From NCBI GenBank assembly GCA_963696385.1, contig CAVOKF010000004.1, forward strand, positions 1,107,705 through 1,171,704: 64,000 bases of DNA, in the 5' to 3' direction. The position numbers and the translations under genes are program-made. Positions 32,490 through 42,535 of the stretch are shown here, one piece after another. This DNA is from an uncultured delta proteobacterium (GTDB lineage Bacteria > Myxococcota_A > Polyangia > Polyangiales > Polyangiaceae). Numbering within the stretch: the first letter of the stretch is position 1; each line of letters opens with the position of its first letter. The notes below the pieces were generated by a model, which saw only the letters and a list, made by a program, of their open reading frames with translations, was not told the origin of the DNA and did no database searches.

Positions 32490-32599
32490 CAAATCGGTTC
32501 GCCGATTCAGCGATAACGAACGCCCCTAAGACGCGATATGTTTCCGCTGGGTCTTCCGCTGCTCTTCGTTGACCGATACCCTTTCGACTGGCTACTCGC
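32490..32599 (+). repeat. dif-like repeat, site E (core 32519-32546, spacer GACGCG)
   Basis: CAAATCGGTTCGCC...AACGCCCCTAA-GACGCG-ATATGTTTCCG...CTACTCGC. Confidence 0.88.
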
Positions 32600-32774
32600 C
32601 AATTGAGCGTTCGCCGATTCGAGTCGGAGGTTGGCTGGTCCCCATCGATGATGATCTGCTCCGAGGTGCCCGCTCGCCTCTCCGGCGCATCGCGAACTTC
32701 CTGCGCGCGCGCCGTAACCGTCCGGCCGGGCCCGCACTTGATTTAGGGGCAGAAAGCGCGGTGCGATCGGGGGC

Positions 32775-33095
32775 ATGGGACGCGAGCGTCGGTCGCGAGT
32801 CTGGTGGTCAAGCCGAGTGGCGCGTTGGCGGCGCAGCGGGCTTACGGCGCGGCAATTCGCAGAGAGCGAAGGGCTTTCGGTGTTCTCGCTTCGGTGGTGG
32901 TCGAGCCAGTTGGCTCGTGATAACCGTGCGGAGCACGGTGCGTCGGCGATCGAGCCGATCGAGATCACCGTCGAGGGGCGTCAGGCCGGCCGCGAACTGG
33001 TCGAAGTCGTGGTCGGCGCGGCGACGATCCGCTGCGAGCGGGGGACGGACGTCGGATACATTGCGGCGCTGGTTCGTGCGATCGCGGGTGCATGA
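32775..33095 (+). CDS. tnpA: IS66 accessory protein TnpA
   Basis: WRRSGLTARQFAESEGL..LRWW. Confidence 0.85.
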   Translation: MGRERRSRVWWSSRVARWRRSGLTARQFAESEGLSVFSLRWWSSQLARDNRAEHGASAIEPIEITVEGRQAGRELVEVVVGAATIRCERGTDVGYIAALVRAIAGA

Positions 33096-33457
33096 CGGTG
33101 TTCGGTTTCTCGCCTCACGTTCGCGTGTACCTCGCGTCGCAGCCGGTCGACATGCGTGCAGGCCACGACAGTCTGTTCGCGATCGTGAAGAGCTGGGACC
33201 TGAATCCGTTCAGCGGGGACCTGTTTGCGTTCGTTGGGAAACGACGAGACCGGGTGAAGATTTTGGTGTGGCACCGCGGGGGATTTTTATTGGTCTACAA
33301 GCGGTTGGAAAGAAATCGATTTCGGATCCCTGCGATCCAGCCGGGAACGCGGACGGCGATGCTCGATGCGACGCAGCTGGCGATGTTGCTCGATGGCATC
33401 GACGTCCAACACGTTCAACGCCCCGCGCTGTGGCAGCCTCCGGGTCTGGCGCGCTGA
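33092..33457 (+). CDS. tnpB: IS66 accessory protein TnpB
   Basis: PVDMR..., LFAFVGKRRDRVKILVW, KRLE. Confidence 0.92.
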   Translation: MTVFGFSPHVRVYLASQPVDMRAGHDSLFAIVKSWDLNPFSGDLFAFVGKRRDRVKILVWHRGGFLLVYKRLERNRFRIPAIQPGTRTAMLDATQLAMLLDGIDVQHVQRPALWQPPGLAR

Positions 33458-33564
33458 GCCCCGTCGCGGCCCTGTGTGTCCATTGGACACTTTGTCGCTG
33501 AAATCGTCGTCGGCCCCCACGCTAAGCCTTTTAATCTGCGCGGCGATGGTGCACGAAAAGGATC

Positions 33565-35169
33565 GTGGTTGATGCGCGAGACGTCCGCATCGCGAAGCTT
33601 GTGGAGCTGCGCAAGCGCGCCGAAGAGCGTGAGCGACAACTGGGCGAGATCGTCGCGCAGCAGCAGACGCTGATCGCTGCGCAGCAGCAACTCATCGCCG
33701 AGCTGCAGCGTCGACTGTCCGAGCAAGATGCGCAGCAGAAGGCGCGCGCCGAAGAGATGAAGGCCGAGATCGACCGGCTGGAGCGGCAACTGTTGGGCCC
33801 GAAGACCGAGCGGACCCACGTTCCGCCGATCGACGCCGAGCTTCGCAACACCGAACCGATGACCGACGAAGAGCGCGCGCGCCGTCGCGAAGAGATTGCA
33901 CGCAAGCGACGCGAACGCGCACTCGCGAAGAACGCCGCGATGGCCGTCGAGCAGGTCGAGTACCCGGTACCCGAATCGATGAAGCCGTGCGCTCATTGTG
34001 GCGGCGTGCATGCGCGAGCTCTCGAGCCCGAGCAGAGCACGACGTACGAGTACAAGCCGGGTCACTTCATCCGTCGTGTGCACAAGCGGCAGAAGCTCGC
34101 ATGCAGCTGCGGCCAGTCCATCGTGACGGCGCCGCCGCCTCCGAAGCTCGTCGTCGGTGGACAGTACGGCTTCGGGTTCGCCGCATTCCTCATCGTGGAG
34201 AAGTGCGCCGACTCGATTCCCATTCATCGCATTGAGAAACGATTCGGCCGACTTGGGATCCCGATCTCGCGCAGCACGATGAACGATCTCGTTTACAAGG
34301 CTGCCGAGATTGTTCGACCGCTCGTCGCTCGACTGCAGACGCGAATCGCGGCTCTCGAAGTCGTGCTCGCCGACGAGACCTCGATGCGCTTGCAGGACCG
34401 TCCCAAGCGCGGCTTTGTCTGGGTGTTTCACGGTCACGATGAAGTCAGCGGCGGCAAGCTTGTTCTGTATGCCTTCGCCGTCGATCGAAGCGGCGACACG
34501 CCGGCGAAGATCCTGGGTGGCACTCGCGGCACTCTCGTGGTGGACGGATACACGGGGTACAACCAGGTGACCGACCCGCTCGGACGCGCGCGCGGCGGAT
34601 GCTGGAGCCACATGCGCAGAAAGCTCTTCGAGGCGCGCTCCACCCGTGCGGCCGAGGACATCGACCCCGCGCTCGGGATCATCCGCGAGATCTTTCGTGT
34701 CGAACACGACGCGACCGAGCAGAAGATCGTCCGCACTCCGGCCCATCTCGAGCTGCGAAATGCGCGTAGCGCTCCGCTGGTCGAGCAATTCTTTCAGTGG
34801 GCCGAACACAAGAAGGTCGAGGTCCTTCCGAAGGGCCCGCTCGGCGAGGCGCTCGGTTACGCGATTAACCAACGCGCTCGACTCGAGCTTTTCTTGTCGG
34901 ATCCGCGTATTCCGATGCACAACAACGGCTCAGAGTCCCGCTTACGCGTTATTGCTCTGGCTCGCCATACGTACCTTTTCTTCGGACATCCACTCGCGGG
35001 CAAAAACTTCGCGGGGCTCTACTCGCTCGTCGGCTCCTGCATCGCCAACGAAGTCGAGCCGACGGAGTATCTCACCGACGTACTTGCCCGAGTCCGCGAC
35101 GCAACGACCGACGAGCAGCTCGACGCGCTGCTACCCGATCGGTGGGCGCCACACGGTCCAGCGCCCTGA
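33565..35169 (+). CDS. tnpC: IS66 transposase TnpC
   Basis: Coiled coil, CAHCG, ADET, VDGYTGY, CWSHMRRK, HNNGSE. Confidence 0.93.
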   Translation: MVDARDVRIAKLVELRKRAEERERQLGEIVAQQQTLIAAQQQLIAELQRRLSEQDAQQKARAEEMKAEIDRLERQLLGPKTERTHVPPIDAELRNTEPMTDEERARRREEIARKRRERALAKNAAMAVEQVEYPVPESMKPCAHCGGVHARALEPEQSTTYEYKPGHFIRRVHKRQKLACSCGQSIVTAPPPPKLVVGGQYGFGFAAFLIVEKCADSIPIHRIEKRFGRLGIPISRSTMNDLVYKAAEIVRPLVARLQTRIAALEVVLADETSMRLQDRPKRGFVWVFHGHDEVSGGKLVLYAFAVDRSGDTPAKILGGTRGTLVVDGYTGYNQVTDPLGRARGGCWSHMRRKLFEARSTRAAEDIDPALGIIREIFRVEHDATEQKIVRTPAHLELRNARSAPLVEQFFQWAEHKKVEVLPKGPLGEALGYAINQRARLELFLSDPRIPMHNNGSESRLRVIALARHTYLFFGHPLAGKNFAGLYSLVGSCIANEVEPTEYLTDVLARVRDATTDEQLDALLPDRWAPHGPAP

Positions 35170-35621
35170 ACCACTGGGGCGCAGCGCAACTCCCGCAATC
35201 CCCGAACGCGTCGCGCGTCGTCACGTCGATGCAGAGTGTCGCGCGAGTCCGCGACGCGACCCCAGCACGACGTGCCGCTATCCATACGAGCGCAGCGCCT
35301 CGCCTCTGCCCCCCTGAACCACTGGCCTGAAGTCGCCAAGCATGGTCGCGCTCTGTTGCGGCCGCGGCAACGACGTCAACGCGACGATGCTCTTGGCGTG
35401 CTCGCCAACAATCGCGACGAGTACTGGGACAAGAAGCTCGCCGCCGATACTTGGCAGGGGCCTCATCGCGGGAAAGGCCCGCCCCCTGAACCATTCTTGG
35501 ACTCAGGTCAACAGCGGGGCGCGCCGGACGCTTACCGCGCGCCGGAACGAGCCATGGCCTCGTCGCTCAGATTTCCGCGCTCCCTGCGAGCGACATCGCC
35601 GGCTCAATCTCTATTCGATGC

Positions 35622-36836
35622 TTATTCGATGCTTGCTCGGGCGATCAGCTCGTCCGGGCGTTCGTTTAGGAGCTCCGAGCAGGTACCGCCGATGGCGTAC
35701 GACGCGATTTCTTGTTTGAGAACACGCACGAGTGACCCGTCGAGCTCGGATCGAAATATAGCAAAAAGTCGTTCTGCAGGGCCCTCCGGATCCTTCGTGG
35801 CGAACACTACCCGTCGCAGGGATATGTTGTTTCTCAAGCCGGCAGCGATCAGGTACTTGAAGTGCCCGTCAGAGGCTGGAATTGAGAAACCGAGGATACC
35901 GATCCGAGTCGCATCGGTGAGGGCTTTCACCGCGTCGTCCCACACGAAGGCCAATGCGCCGTCGAAGTTTTTCTGCCAGGTCGGCGGAACAATCAAAGGG
36001 ACGTATCGGGCCCCCAAAAGGTCTCGGTACGTCTCGTAATCCTTCAGGAGCCTCGTGTCCGGGATCTGGCTTCGCGGATTATCGGATCCGCTCGGGCGCG
36101 CCCAATTTATCGAGCCGTGCAGTTTGAGCAGTTTGACGCAGCGCTCGTGCGAGGGCCGCTTCTCGTCGTTCGCATCGATCGTACCATAGTTCCAGTCGAT
36201 ACCGAGCGCGGTCAGCGCGGTTTCGATGACCAAGTCGTAGTTGAACGTAATGATCGTAATGCGGCGGCGCGGGTCGTCGGCCCAGACGCGGCCGGTCAAG
36301 AAGGCGTAGGTCAACTCGCTCAGGGAACGGTCGATGATAACGATCGGTTGCTGGGGCGCGTTGATCGGCATGGGCCCGCGCATAGTCGCCGCGATTGTCT
36401 GCGTCGGTTGTTCGTCTGCCACATGCTGCCAGGACGGGGGTGCCGTCCAGCTTGGACCACTGTTTCGAGGAACACCCACTTTTCCGTGTGCAGCGCGAAA
36501 CCCGGCCGAATAGTCGAGAGTCGACGCGATGGCGATCTTGACGTCGTCCATCAGGCCATTGCTTTCGCTGGCGGCTGCGAGACTGAACAGTTCCTCGATG
36601 TTCTCCGGATCCACTTGGACGCGGTAGGCGGCTGACGCGATCTCGTGCCGAAACGCCAAGACGTTCTGTATCGCCCTCTGCTCGCGCTCGCGACCGTCTT
36701 GGTCGTCAAGCCAGTCAAGTGCGTCTCGCATGCGATTGAGAAAGTTCGCGACGACCGGCATGCCTGCGTCGACCGAGGCGCCCGCGCCAAGGATGTAGAC
36801 GACATTGTGATTGTAAAGGTCAGGTCCCATGCCCAT
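35622..36836 (-). CDS. SIR2-like (SIR2_2) domain protein, probable defence NADase
   Basis: ILGAGAS..AGMP, ITFNYD, LKLHGSINW, IVPPT, ILGFS. Confidence 0.85.
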   Translation of the reverse strand: MGMGPDLYNHNVVYILGAGASVDAGMPVVANFLNRMRDALDWLDDQDGREREQRAIQNVLAFRHEIASAAYRVQVDPENIEELFSLAAASESNGLMDDVKIAIASTLDYSAGFRAAHGKVGVPRNSGPSWTAPPSWQHVADEQPTQTIAATMRGPMPINAPQQPIVIIDRSLSELTYAFLTGRVWADDPRRRITIITFNYDLVIETALTALGIDWNYGTIDANDEKRPSHERCVKLLKLHGSINWARPSGSDNPRSQIPDTRLLKDYETYRDLLGARYVPLIVPPTWQKNFDGALAFVWDDAVKALTDATRIGILGFSIPASDGHFKYLIAAGLRNNISLRRVVFATKDPEGPAERLFAIFRSELDGSLVRVLKQEIASYAIGGTCSELLNERPDELIARASIE

Positions 36837-37103
36837 TCGGATCGCGAGCGTAACTGGAGCCGCCGAATCTTGCTGCCGCCGGCGAGTGCCCGGGGCCAAG
36901 GGTCGCCAGCGATCCGGCGAAGGCGATACGCGGATCAGCCGGTGGCGATACGTTCTGTACGGCGCGCTGTCGGGTCACGCAACCGAGAATCGTGGGGCAA
37001 AGCCGAGTCCTCCAGAACCAGTGCCCCAGTGCCCTGTAGTGGGCGGAGCGAACGCCCGGGTCATCTCGGTCATCTCGGAACCGCTGCCCGAGTCAGGCGA
37101 GCT

Positions 37104-37146
37104 CAAATCGGCCGCTCGGTGACAACGGAAGCCCCTAAGACGCGAT
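37104..37146 (+). repeat. dif-like repeat, site F left half (cut by IS4)
   Basis: CAAATCGG...GAAGCCCCTAA-GACGCG-AT followed directly by IS4. Confidence 0.85.
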
Positions 37147-38622
37147 CATAAGTTGGTACTTAGGGATTCGGGATGGCGCTCGCTACCACACAAGTGCGAG
37201 TGGCTCGAGGCCCATAGCGAGACGTCCGCGCTTTCGATCGCGAGCAGGATGAGCGCGGCGCGCGTTGGAATCGAGGAACTTGAGCGCTTCGGCGAGGGCA
37301 CGACGCAATTGGCGCGGTGAGTCGAGGAGGCCGCGGAGGACATCGTCGAAGTAATGCTTGCCGGACGCGGCGGCTCGCTGGGTCGAAAGCTCCACCCCCA
37401 GCGACGCTTCCGCGAAGTGTGCGAGCGAGCGTTTCAGAAGGGCTGCGAGCAGGCTCGCCCATATCATCGCTTTCGCGATAGCGGCCTTGCCCGTATCGAA
37501 GGCATGAAGGTTGGCGTGAGATTTGAACTCTTTGAACAGGAGTTCCACCTGCCAGCGGAGGCGATACAAGCCGGCCACGTCGGCGGCGGAGAAGCGCTTG
37601 CGAGCGAGGTTGCTGTGCAGGTACACGAACGTCTTCGCGTTGCGCTTGCCGCGCTTGTAGATCGCCACAATTCGCCCGCGATACACGAATGAATTCGCCT
37701 GCCATTCGATGTCGAGATCGACCGTGTGGGCCGGAAGCAGGTCCCAGTTCAACTTCTGGCCGAGCAACTTGGGGATGGATTTGCCGGCGCTGTCGAAAGC
37801 GGCCCGAATGGTGGGTCGAATGTTTTTGGTTCCGCGGACGATGAAGGCGCCGCCCGCTTGGTCGACGTCGAAAAAGAATTTTCGCTCCTCGTACCCTCGG
37901 TCGGCCAGAAAGAGCCGCTCGCGAAGACTCGCGGCCTCGGGACGGTAGGTTCGCTCGGTCTCCTTGTCGGCCGTCAGGGCGACGATGCGCACATCGTCTT
38001 GGAGCAGACTCATCGTGACGTGCAGTTCCACGGCGGCAGGCGAGATTTTTGTAAAGCGGCCCGGCCATGTGCCTTTCAAGTCGTCCTTGAGCGCGAACGA
38101 CGTCCCGTCGTGAATGACGATGTCCCGAAAGGTCGACAGTTTGGGGGACACGGCGTGCAGAACCGGCTGGCTCATCTTCTGTACCGTCGCTTCCAGCAGC
38201 ATCCGAAACATCTCTGGAAAGGACGCTTGCGCGAGCCGGTTGTGAAAGGGCTTATATCGCAGCGAAAGGCCCGCGAATTTCCGGAACGTCCGCAGAATAT
38301 CGGCCAACCACTTGGCGTGGCCCGACCCGAGCGTCGACAGCACCGCCACGACCATCGCCAGCGGCATCACCTTGCGCACTCGCCGTAGCCAGCCGCTACG
38401 TCTCGCGATCGCGGTCACCTCCTCCTCGCCGAGTACTTCCGTAAGCCGTTTCGCATACACGCCGACTCCGGCGCGTGTACTGTTTGATCCGTGCATCGGG
38501 GGTCTCCTTTCGCGTTGTCTCACAACAGCGTCTAGAGAATCCCCGATGCCTTTGACTATCCAATTCGTGCACTATGCACGTAAGTGATCGAGATCACTCG
38601 GGAAATAAAGATCCTACCTATG
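37147..38622 (-). mobile_element. IS4 family element
   Basis: IRs CATAAGTTGGTACTT / CATAGGTAGGATCTT (reverse complement). Confidence 0.9.
37183..38496 (-). CDS. IS4 family transposase
   Basis: HDGTSF, LADRGY, YRLRWQVELLFKEFKS (YREK motif). Confidence 0.93.
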   Translation of the reverse strand: MHGSNSTRAGVGVYAKRLTEVLGEEEVTAIARRSGWLRRVRKVMPLAMVVAVLSTLGSGHAKWLADILRTFRKFAGLSLRYKPFHNRLAQASFPEMFRMLLEATVQKMSQPVLHAVSPKLSTFRDIVIHDGTSFALKDDLKGTWPGRFTKISPAAVELHVTMSLLQDDVRIVALTADKETERTYRPEAASLRERLFLADRGYEERKFFFDVDQAGGAFIVRGTKNIRPTIRAAFDSAGKSIPKLLGQKLNWDLLPAHTVDLDIEWQANSFVYRGRIVAIYKRGKRNAKTFVYLHSNLARKRFSAADVAGLYRLRWQVELLFKEFKSHANLHAFDTGKAAIAKAMIWASLLAALLKRSLAHFAEASLGVELSTQRAAASGKHYFDDVLRGLLDSPRQLRRALAEALKFLDSNARRAHPARDRKRGRLAMGLEPLALVW

Positions 38623-38694
38623 AACGGGTTATATGTGACCGCCGCGGTTTCCGCGGCTCTTCGTTGATCGATACGCTTTCGACCGGCTACTCGC
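38623..38694 (+). repeat. dif-like repeat right half (spacer CGGGTT)
   Basis: IS4 end followed by AA-CGGGTT-ATATGTGACCG...CTACTCGC. Confidence 0.85.
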
Positions 38695-38876
38695 TCCTTG
38701 CCTCCCCGCCATCGCGAGGACCGTCATCGACGCCACAACATCGCGACGACCGTCGCATATTCCGGCGTGGCTCAGGCTGTCGTTCCAATGTAGCATCGCG
38801 ACGTGAGGGGACCCTTGTCAATCGCCGTCCAGACCGCGACAGCCGCGGCGCGCAATTGGCGCTGGTAGCTACCGGC

Positions 38877-39557
38877 ATGGCGCTCATCTCCTGCCCGGAC
38901 TGCGGCCGCTCGGTATCGGATGCTGCCGTCGCGTGCGGCGGCTGCGGGCTTCCGATTGCCGGCCATTTCGTTCATCCGCAGTCGCGGCCCCGCTGGTACC
39001 ACACCACTGTTGTCGTCGGGCTGGCGCTGTTGCTTGTCTATCCAATCGGTCTGCTTCTGCTCTGGACCGATCGAAGGACGAAGGGATCCACGAAGGCGTT
39101 GGCCACCGTGCTGTTCGGTTTGCTGTTCATGGCGGTCATGCGCGGCGCATCGTCTGACCACGTCGCTTCGTCGACGAGCGACGGTTCGCGGGGACAATCG
39201 ATCCTTCACGCTATGGTGAACCGGGACCAAGCACCCACCGCCAACACCTACGCCGTGCCGCTTTCCACGCTGCTCGGCGAGTATTCGGATAACGAAGTGC
39301 GCGCTGACGTTCGCTATAAACAACATTGGATTCGGACCTCGGGGATCGTCGGCGAGGTCAAAAAGGACATCACGGACAGTCCCTTTGTGACCATTGGTAA
39401 TGGCAGCGAATTTCAGATCCCGGTTGTCCAGTGCTTGCTTGCGGATGATCAAGTCGCCCGGGCCGCAAGCTTTTCGAAAGGAGATCGGGTCAAGATCGTC
39501 GGGCGAGTCGACGGCCTCATGATGAACGTAATCATGAGGGATTGTCGGTTCGAGTAA
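38877..39557 (+). CDS. Zinc-ribbon + TM + tRNA_anti-like OB-fold protein
   Basis: MALISCPDCG..CGGCG; two TM segments; EYSDNEVRADVRYK...KGDRVKIVG. Confidence 0.75.
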   Translation: MALISCPDCGRSVSDAAVACGGCGLPIAGHFVHPQSRPRWYHTTVVVGLALLLVYPIGLLLLWTDRRTKGSTKALATVLFGLLFMAVMRGASSDHVASSTSDGSRGQSILHAMVNRDQAPTANTYAVPLSTLLGEYSDNEVRADVRYKQHWIRTSGIVGEVKKDITDSPFVTIGNGSEFQIPVVQCLLADDQVARAASFSKGDRVKIVGRVDGLMMNVIMRDCRFE

Positions 39558-39602
39558 CGGGAGGAAGGTGTCACCGGCGGCGACTCACGCTTGCCGACCT
39601 GC

Positions 39603-39712
39603 CAAATCGGTTCGCCGATTCAGCGATAACGAACGCCCCTAAGACGCGATATGTTTCCGCGCCCGCTTCCGCGGCTCTTCGTCGACCGACGCACTTTGGG
39701 CTTACTACTCGC
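39603..39712 (+). repeat. dif-like repeat, site G (core 39632-39659, spacer GACGCG)
   Basis: Full-length copy. Confidence 0.88.
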
Positions 39713-39714
39713 TC

Positions 39715-40287
39715 GTAAAGCGGCCCGGCCATGTGCGTTTCAAGTCGTCCTTGAGCGCGAACGACGTCCCGTCGTGAATGACGATGTCCCGAAAGGTCGA
39801 CAGTTTGGGGGACACGGCGTGAAGAACCGGCTGGCTCATCTTCTGTACCGTCGCTTCCAGCAGCATCCGAAACATCTCTGGAAAGGACGTCTTCGCGAGC
39901 CGGTTGTGAAAGGGCTTATATCGCAGCGAAATGCCCGCGAATCTCCGGAACGTCCGCAGAATATCGGCCAACCACTTGGCCTGGCCCGACCCGAGCGTGG
40001 ACAGCACCGCCACGACCATCGCCAGCGGCATCACCTTGCGCACGCGCCGTAGCCAGCCGCTACGTCTCGCGATCGCGGTCACCTGCTCCTCGCCGAGTAC
40101 TTCCGTAAGCCGTTTCGCATACACGCCGACTTCGGCGCGTGTACCGTTCGATCCGTGCATCGGGGTCTCCTTTCGCGTTGTCCCACAACACCGCGTCTAG
40201 AGAATCCCCGATGCCTTTGACTATCCAATTCGTGCACTATGCACGTAAGTGATCGACATCACTCGAGAAATAAAGATCCTACCTATG
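39715..40287 (-). mobile_element. Truncated second IS4 copy (5' end only)
   Basis: Highly similar to 38051-38622; cut at the site G right end. Confidence 0.9.
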
Positions 40288-40335
40288 ATAACCCGTTAGG
40301 GGCTTCCGCCGTCGCTGTAATGGCGAACCGATTTG
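40288..40335 (-). repeat. dif-like repeat, site H left half (spacer CGGGTT)
   Basis: Reverse complement reads CAAATCGGTTCGCC...GAAGCCCCTAA-CGGGTT-AT followed by IS4. Confidence 0.85.
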
Positions 40336-40846
40336 GTATCCACTGCACGAATCGGCGAGTAGCCGGTCGTTGAGCAGTTCGCCAATTTGGTCCGCCTTCA
40401 GCTCGAACCTCCCGTTGGCGGTTGGCCCATAAGAAGTCCTATGTGAAGACGGCTCCCTTGCCAGCTCGCGCCCGCTTGCACGGCCTATCCGCCCGAGTCG
40501 TCGCCGAAAGAAGGGCAGTCCACGAGCCGCTGGCGAGAGTTCTTAGGCCGCTCGCCGCTCAAGCAGGGCCTGCTGGCAGCAAGGCCCTTGCGCCAGCTCC
40601 ACGGTGCGCATCTCTTGGTCGACGACTTGCAGGGACATCAGGGGTCGAAGTGTGCCTGCACGCAAGCGTCTGCCGGGAAACACCGCGCTAATGGTGAGAA
40701 GCCCAACAGAATCAAGTAGGTCGTAGAGGAAGCACCTCAAAAACATCCCCATTTAGCGTTTCGCGAAATACCTGGCTGCGCTCTTGCATCTGCAAAACCG
40801 AGCGGGGCGGTGGATACCGATCAGTGACCGCAAGGGAGTGACTCCG

Positions 40847-42070
40847 ATGACCGAAAGACTGGCTCAGTTCGGCGACTACCAGAACGAGATCTACAACGCG
40901 GGATTGCACGGAACATTGCCGGGCTTCCCGATGGTCTATGCGGAGCTGGAAGCGAGAGGGACGAGAGCCCTGTCTCCTTCCGTGCTCTCCTTCGTCGCGG
41001 GAGGCGCTGGCGACGAACTGACCCAACGCAACAACGTCGACGCGTTCCAACGGTGGGGTCTGATTCCGCGCATGCTCGTCGGGGCGACCAAGCGAGATCT
41101 CTCCGTGCAGTTGTTCGGAATGACGTTCCCGTCCCCACTTCTCATGGCTCCGATTGGCGTCATCGGAGTGTGCGCACAAGACGGGCACGGCGATCTGGCC
41201 ACAGCCGAGGCGGCGGCGCGCAGCGGCGTTCCGATGATCGCGTCAACGCTGTCCGTCGATCCGATGGAGGACGTGGCCCGCCGCTTCGGGGGGACGCCAG
41301 GTTTCTTTCAGCTCTACACCCCTACCGACCGGGACCTGGCCGCGAGCTTCGTCCATCGGGCGGAAGCCGCGGGCTTCAAAGGGATTGTCGTCACTCTCGA
41401 TACGTGGATCACCGGTTGGCGTCCGCGCGATCTGGCCGGCAGCAATTTCCCTCAACTGCGAGGACACTGCTTGGCCAACTACACCTCCGATCCCGTATTC
41501 AAGGCGCGCCTTGGTAAGGACCCCCTAAGCGACATGTCTGCGGCTGTGAAGCTTTGGACAGAGGTATTCGGCAATCCACTGACCTGGGAGGACCTGCCCT
41601 GGCTACGCTCGCTCACGAAGCTGCCGTTGCTGCTCAAGGGCATCTGTCATCCCGACGATGTCCGCCGCGCGAAGGGCGGAGGGGTGGACGGAATCTACTG
41701 TTCCAATCATGGTGGCCGACAGGCCAACGGCGGGCTGGCTACACTCGACTGCCTACCGGATCTCGTGGAGGCGGCAGATGGTATGCCCGTGCTCTTCGAC
41801 TCCGGCGTCCGTTCCGGCGCCGACGTGGTTAAGGCCCTCGCCCTGGGCGCCACCGCGGTCGGCATCGGCCGGCCGTATGCTTACGGTCTCGCGATTGGCG
41901 GCGTCGACGGCATCGTTCACGTCTTGCGTACCGTCCTCGCGGAGGCCGACCTAATGATGGCCGTTGATGGCTATCGTAGTCGGGCGGACCTGACGCCAGC
42001 GTGTCTGCGCCTCATTTGCAACTGCTTCGCAACTGTGTCGACAATGACCAGAGGGCGCGAGCATGAATAG
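40847..42070 (+). CDS. FMN-dependent alpha-hydroxy acid oxidase (lactate 2-monooxygenase family)
   Basis: [43 protein letters not shown]. Confidence 0.92.
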   Translation: MTERLAQFGDYQNEIYNAGLHGTLPGFPMVYAELEARGTRALSPSVLSFVAGGAGDELTQRNNVDAFQRWGLIPRMLVGATKRDLSVQLFGMTFPSPLLMAPIGVIGVCAQDGHGDLATAEAAARSGVPMIASTLSVDPMEDVARRFGGTPGFFQLYTPTDRDLAASFVHRAEAAGFKGIVVTLDTWITGWRPRDLAGSNFPQLRGHCLANYTSDPVFKARLGKDPLSDMSAAVKLWTEVFGNPLTWEDLPWLRSLTKLPLLLKGICHPDDVRRAKGGGVDGIYCSNHGGRQANGGLATLDCLPDLVEAADGMPVLFDSGVRSGADVVKALALGATAVGIGRPYAYGLAIGGVDGIVHVLRTVLAEADLMMAVDGYRSRADLTPACLRLICNCFATVSTMTRGREHE

Positions 42071-42533
42071 CGTGTGGGTTCTCGTTTGCGATGCCGCAAA
42101 GGCAAGGGTCTTCGATGTGCGCGAAGGAGGGGCGTCGTGGCGTCTCGTGTCGGAGACTTTCCACGCTGGCTCGCGTAGCAAAGCCGCCGCCCTCGCTGGG
42201 GACCGGTCGGGGAGCCGCTCGTCTCAGGGTCGATCCGTGCACCACAACGCGCTCGCGCGCGCGTTATCGCCGAAGGAGGTCCAAAAGGAACACCTCGCCC
42301 ACGAGCTTGGAAGGACGCTCGACCAGGCGGTACGCTCGTCCGAGTTCGAGCACTGGGTGCTCGTCGCGCCGCCGCACTTCGTCGGATTGATCGAGAGCGA
42401 GCTGAGCCCCGCGCTGAAGAAGAGCCTTCTGACGACGGTGGGCGAGGACTTGAACCACCTCGATCAGCGCGCCCTGGAAGAAACGCTCCGCGAGAGCGTT
42501 CGCGTTCCCCTCGACCAGCAGGACGGGGCCTAG
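42063..42533 (+). CDS. Host attachment protein family (AtsE/baeRF-like)
   Basis: [13 protein letters not shown]...LVAPPHFVG...EDLNHL. Confidence 0.8.
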   Translation: MNSVWVLVCDAAKARVFDVREGGASWRLVSETFHAGSRSKAAALAGDRSGSRSSQGRSVHHNALARALSPKEVQKEHLAHELGRTLDQAVRSSEFEHWVLVAPPHFVGLIESELSPALKKSLLTTVGEDLNHLDQRALEETLRESVRVPLDQQDGA

Positions 42534-42535
42534 CG

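Larger units (their letters stand above)
32714..35535 (+). mobile_element. IS66 family element, complete
   Basis: Ends GTAACCGTCCGG / CCGGACGCTTAC; 8-bp TSD CGCGCGCC at 32706-32713 and 35536-35543. Confidence 0.95.

Noticed and set aside
33092..33457. IS66 TnpB as an RNA-guided TnpB nuclease
   Set aside because: Only the name is shared; this is the ~120-aa IS66 accessory protein with no RuvC domain.
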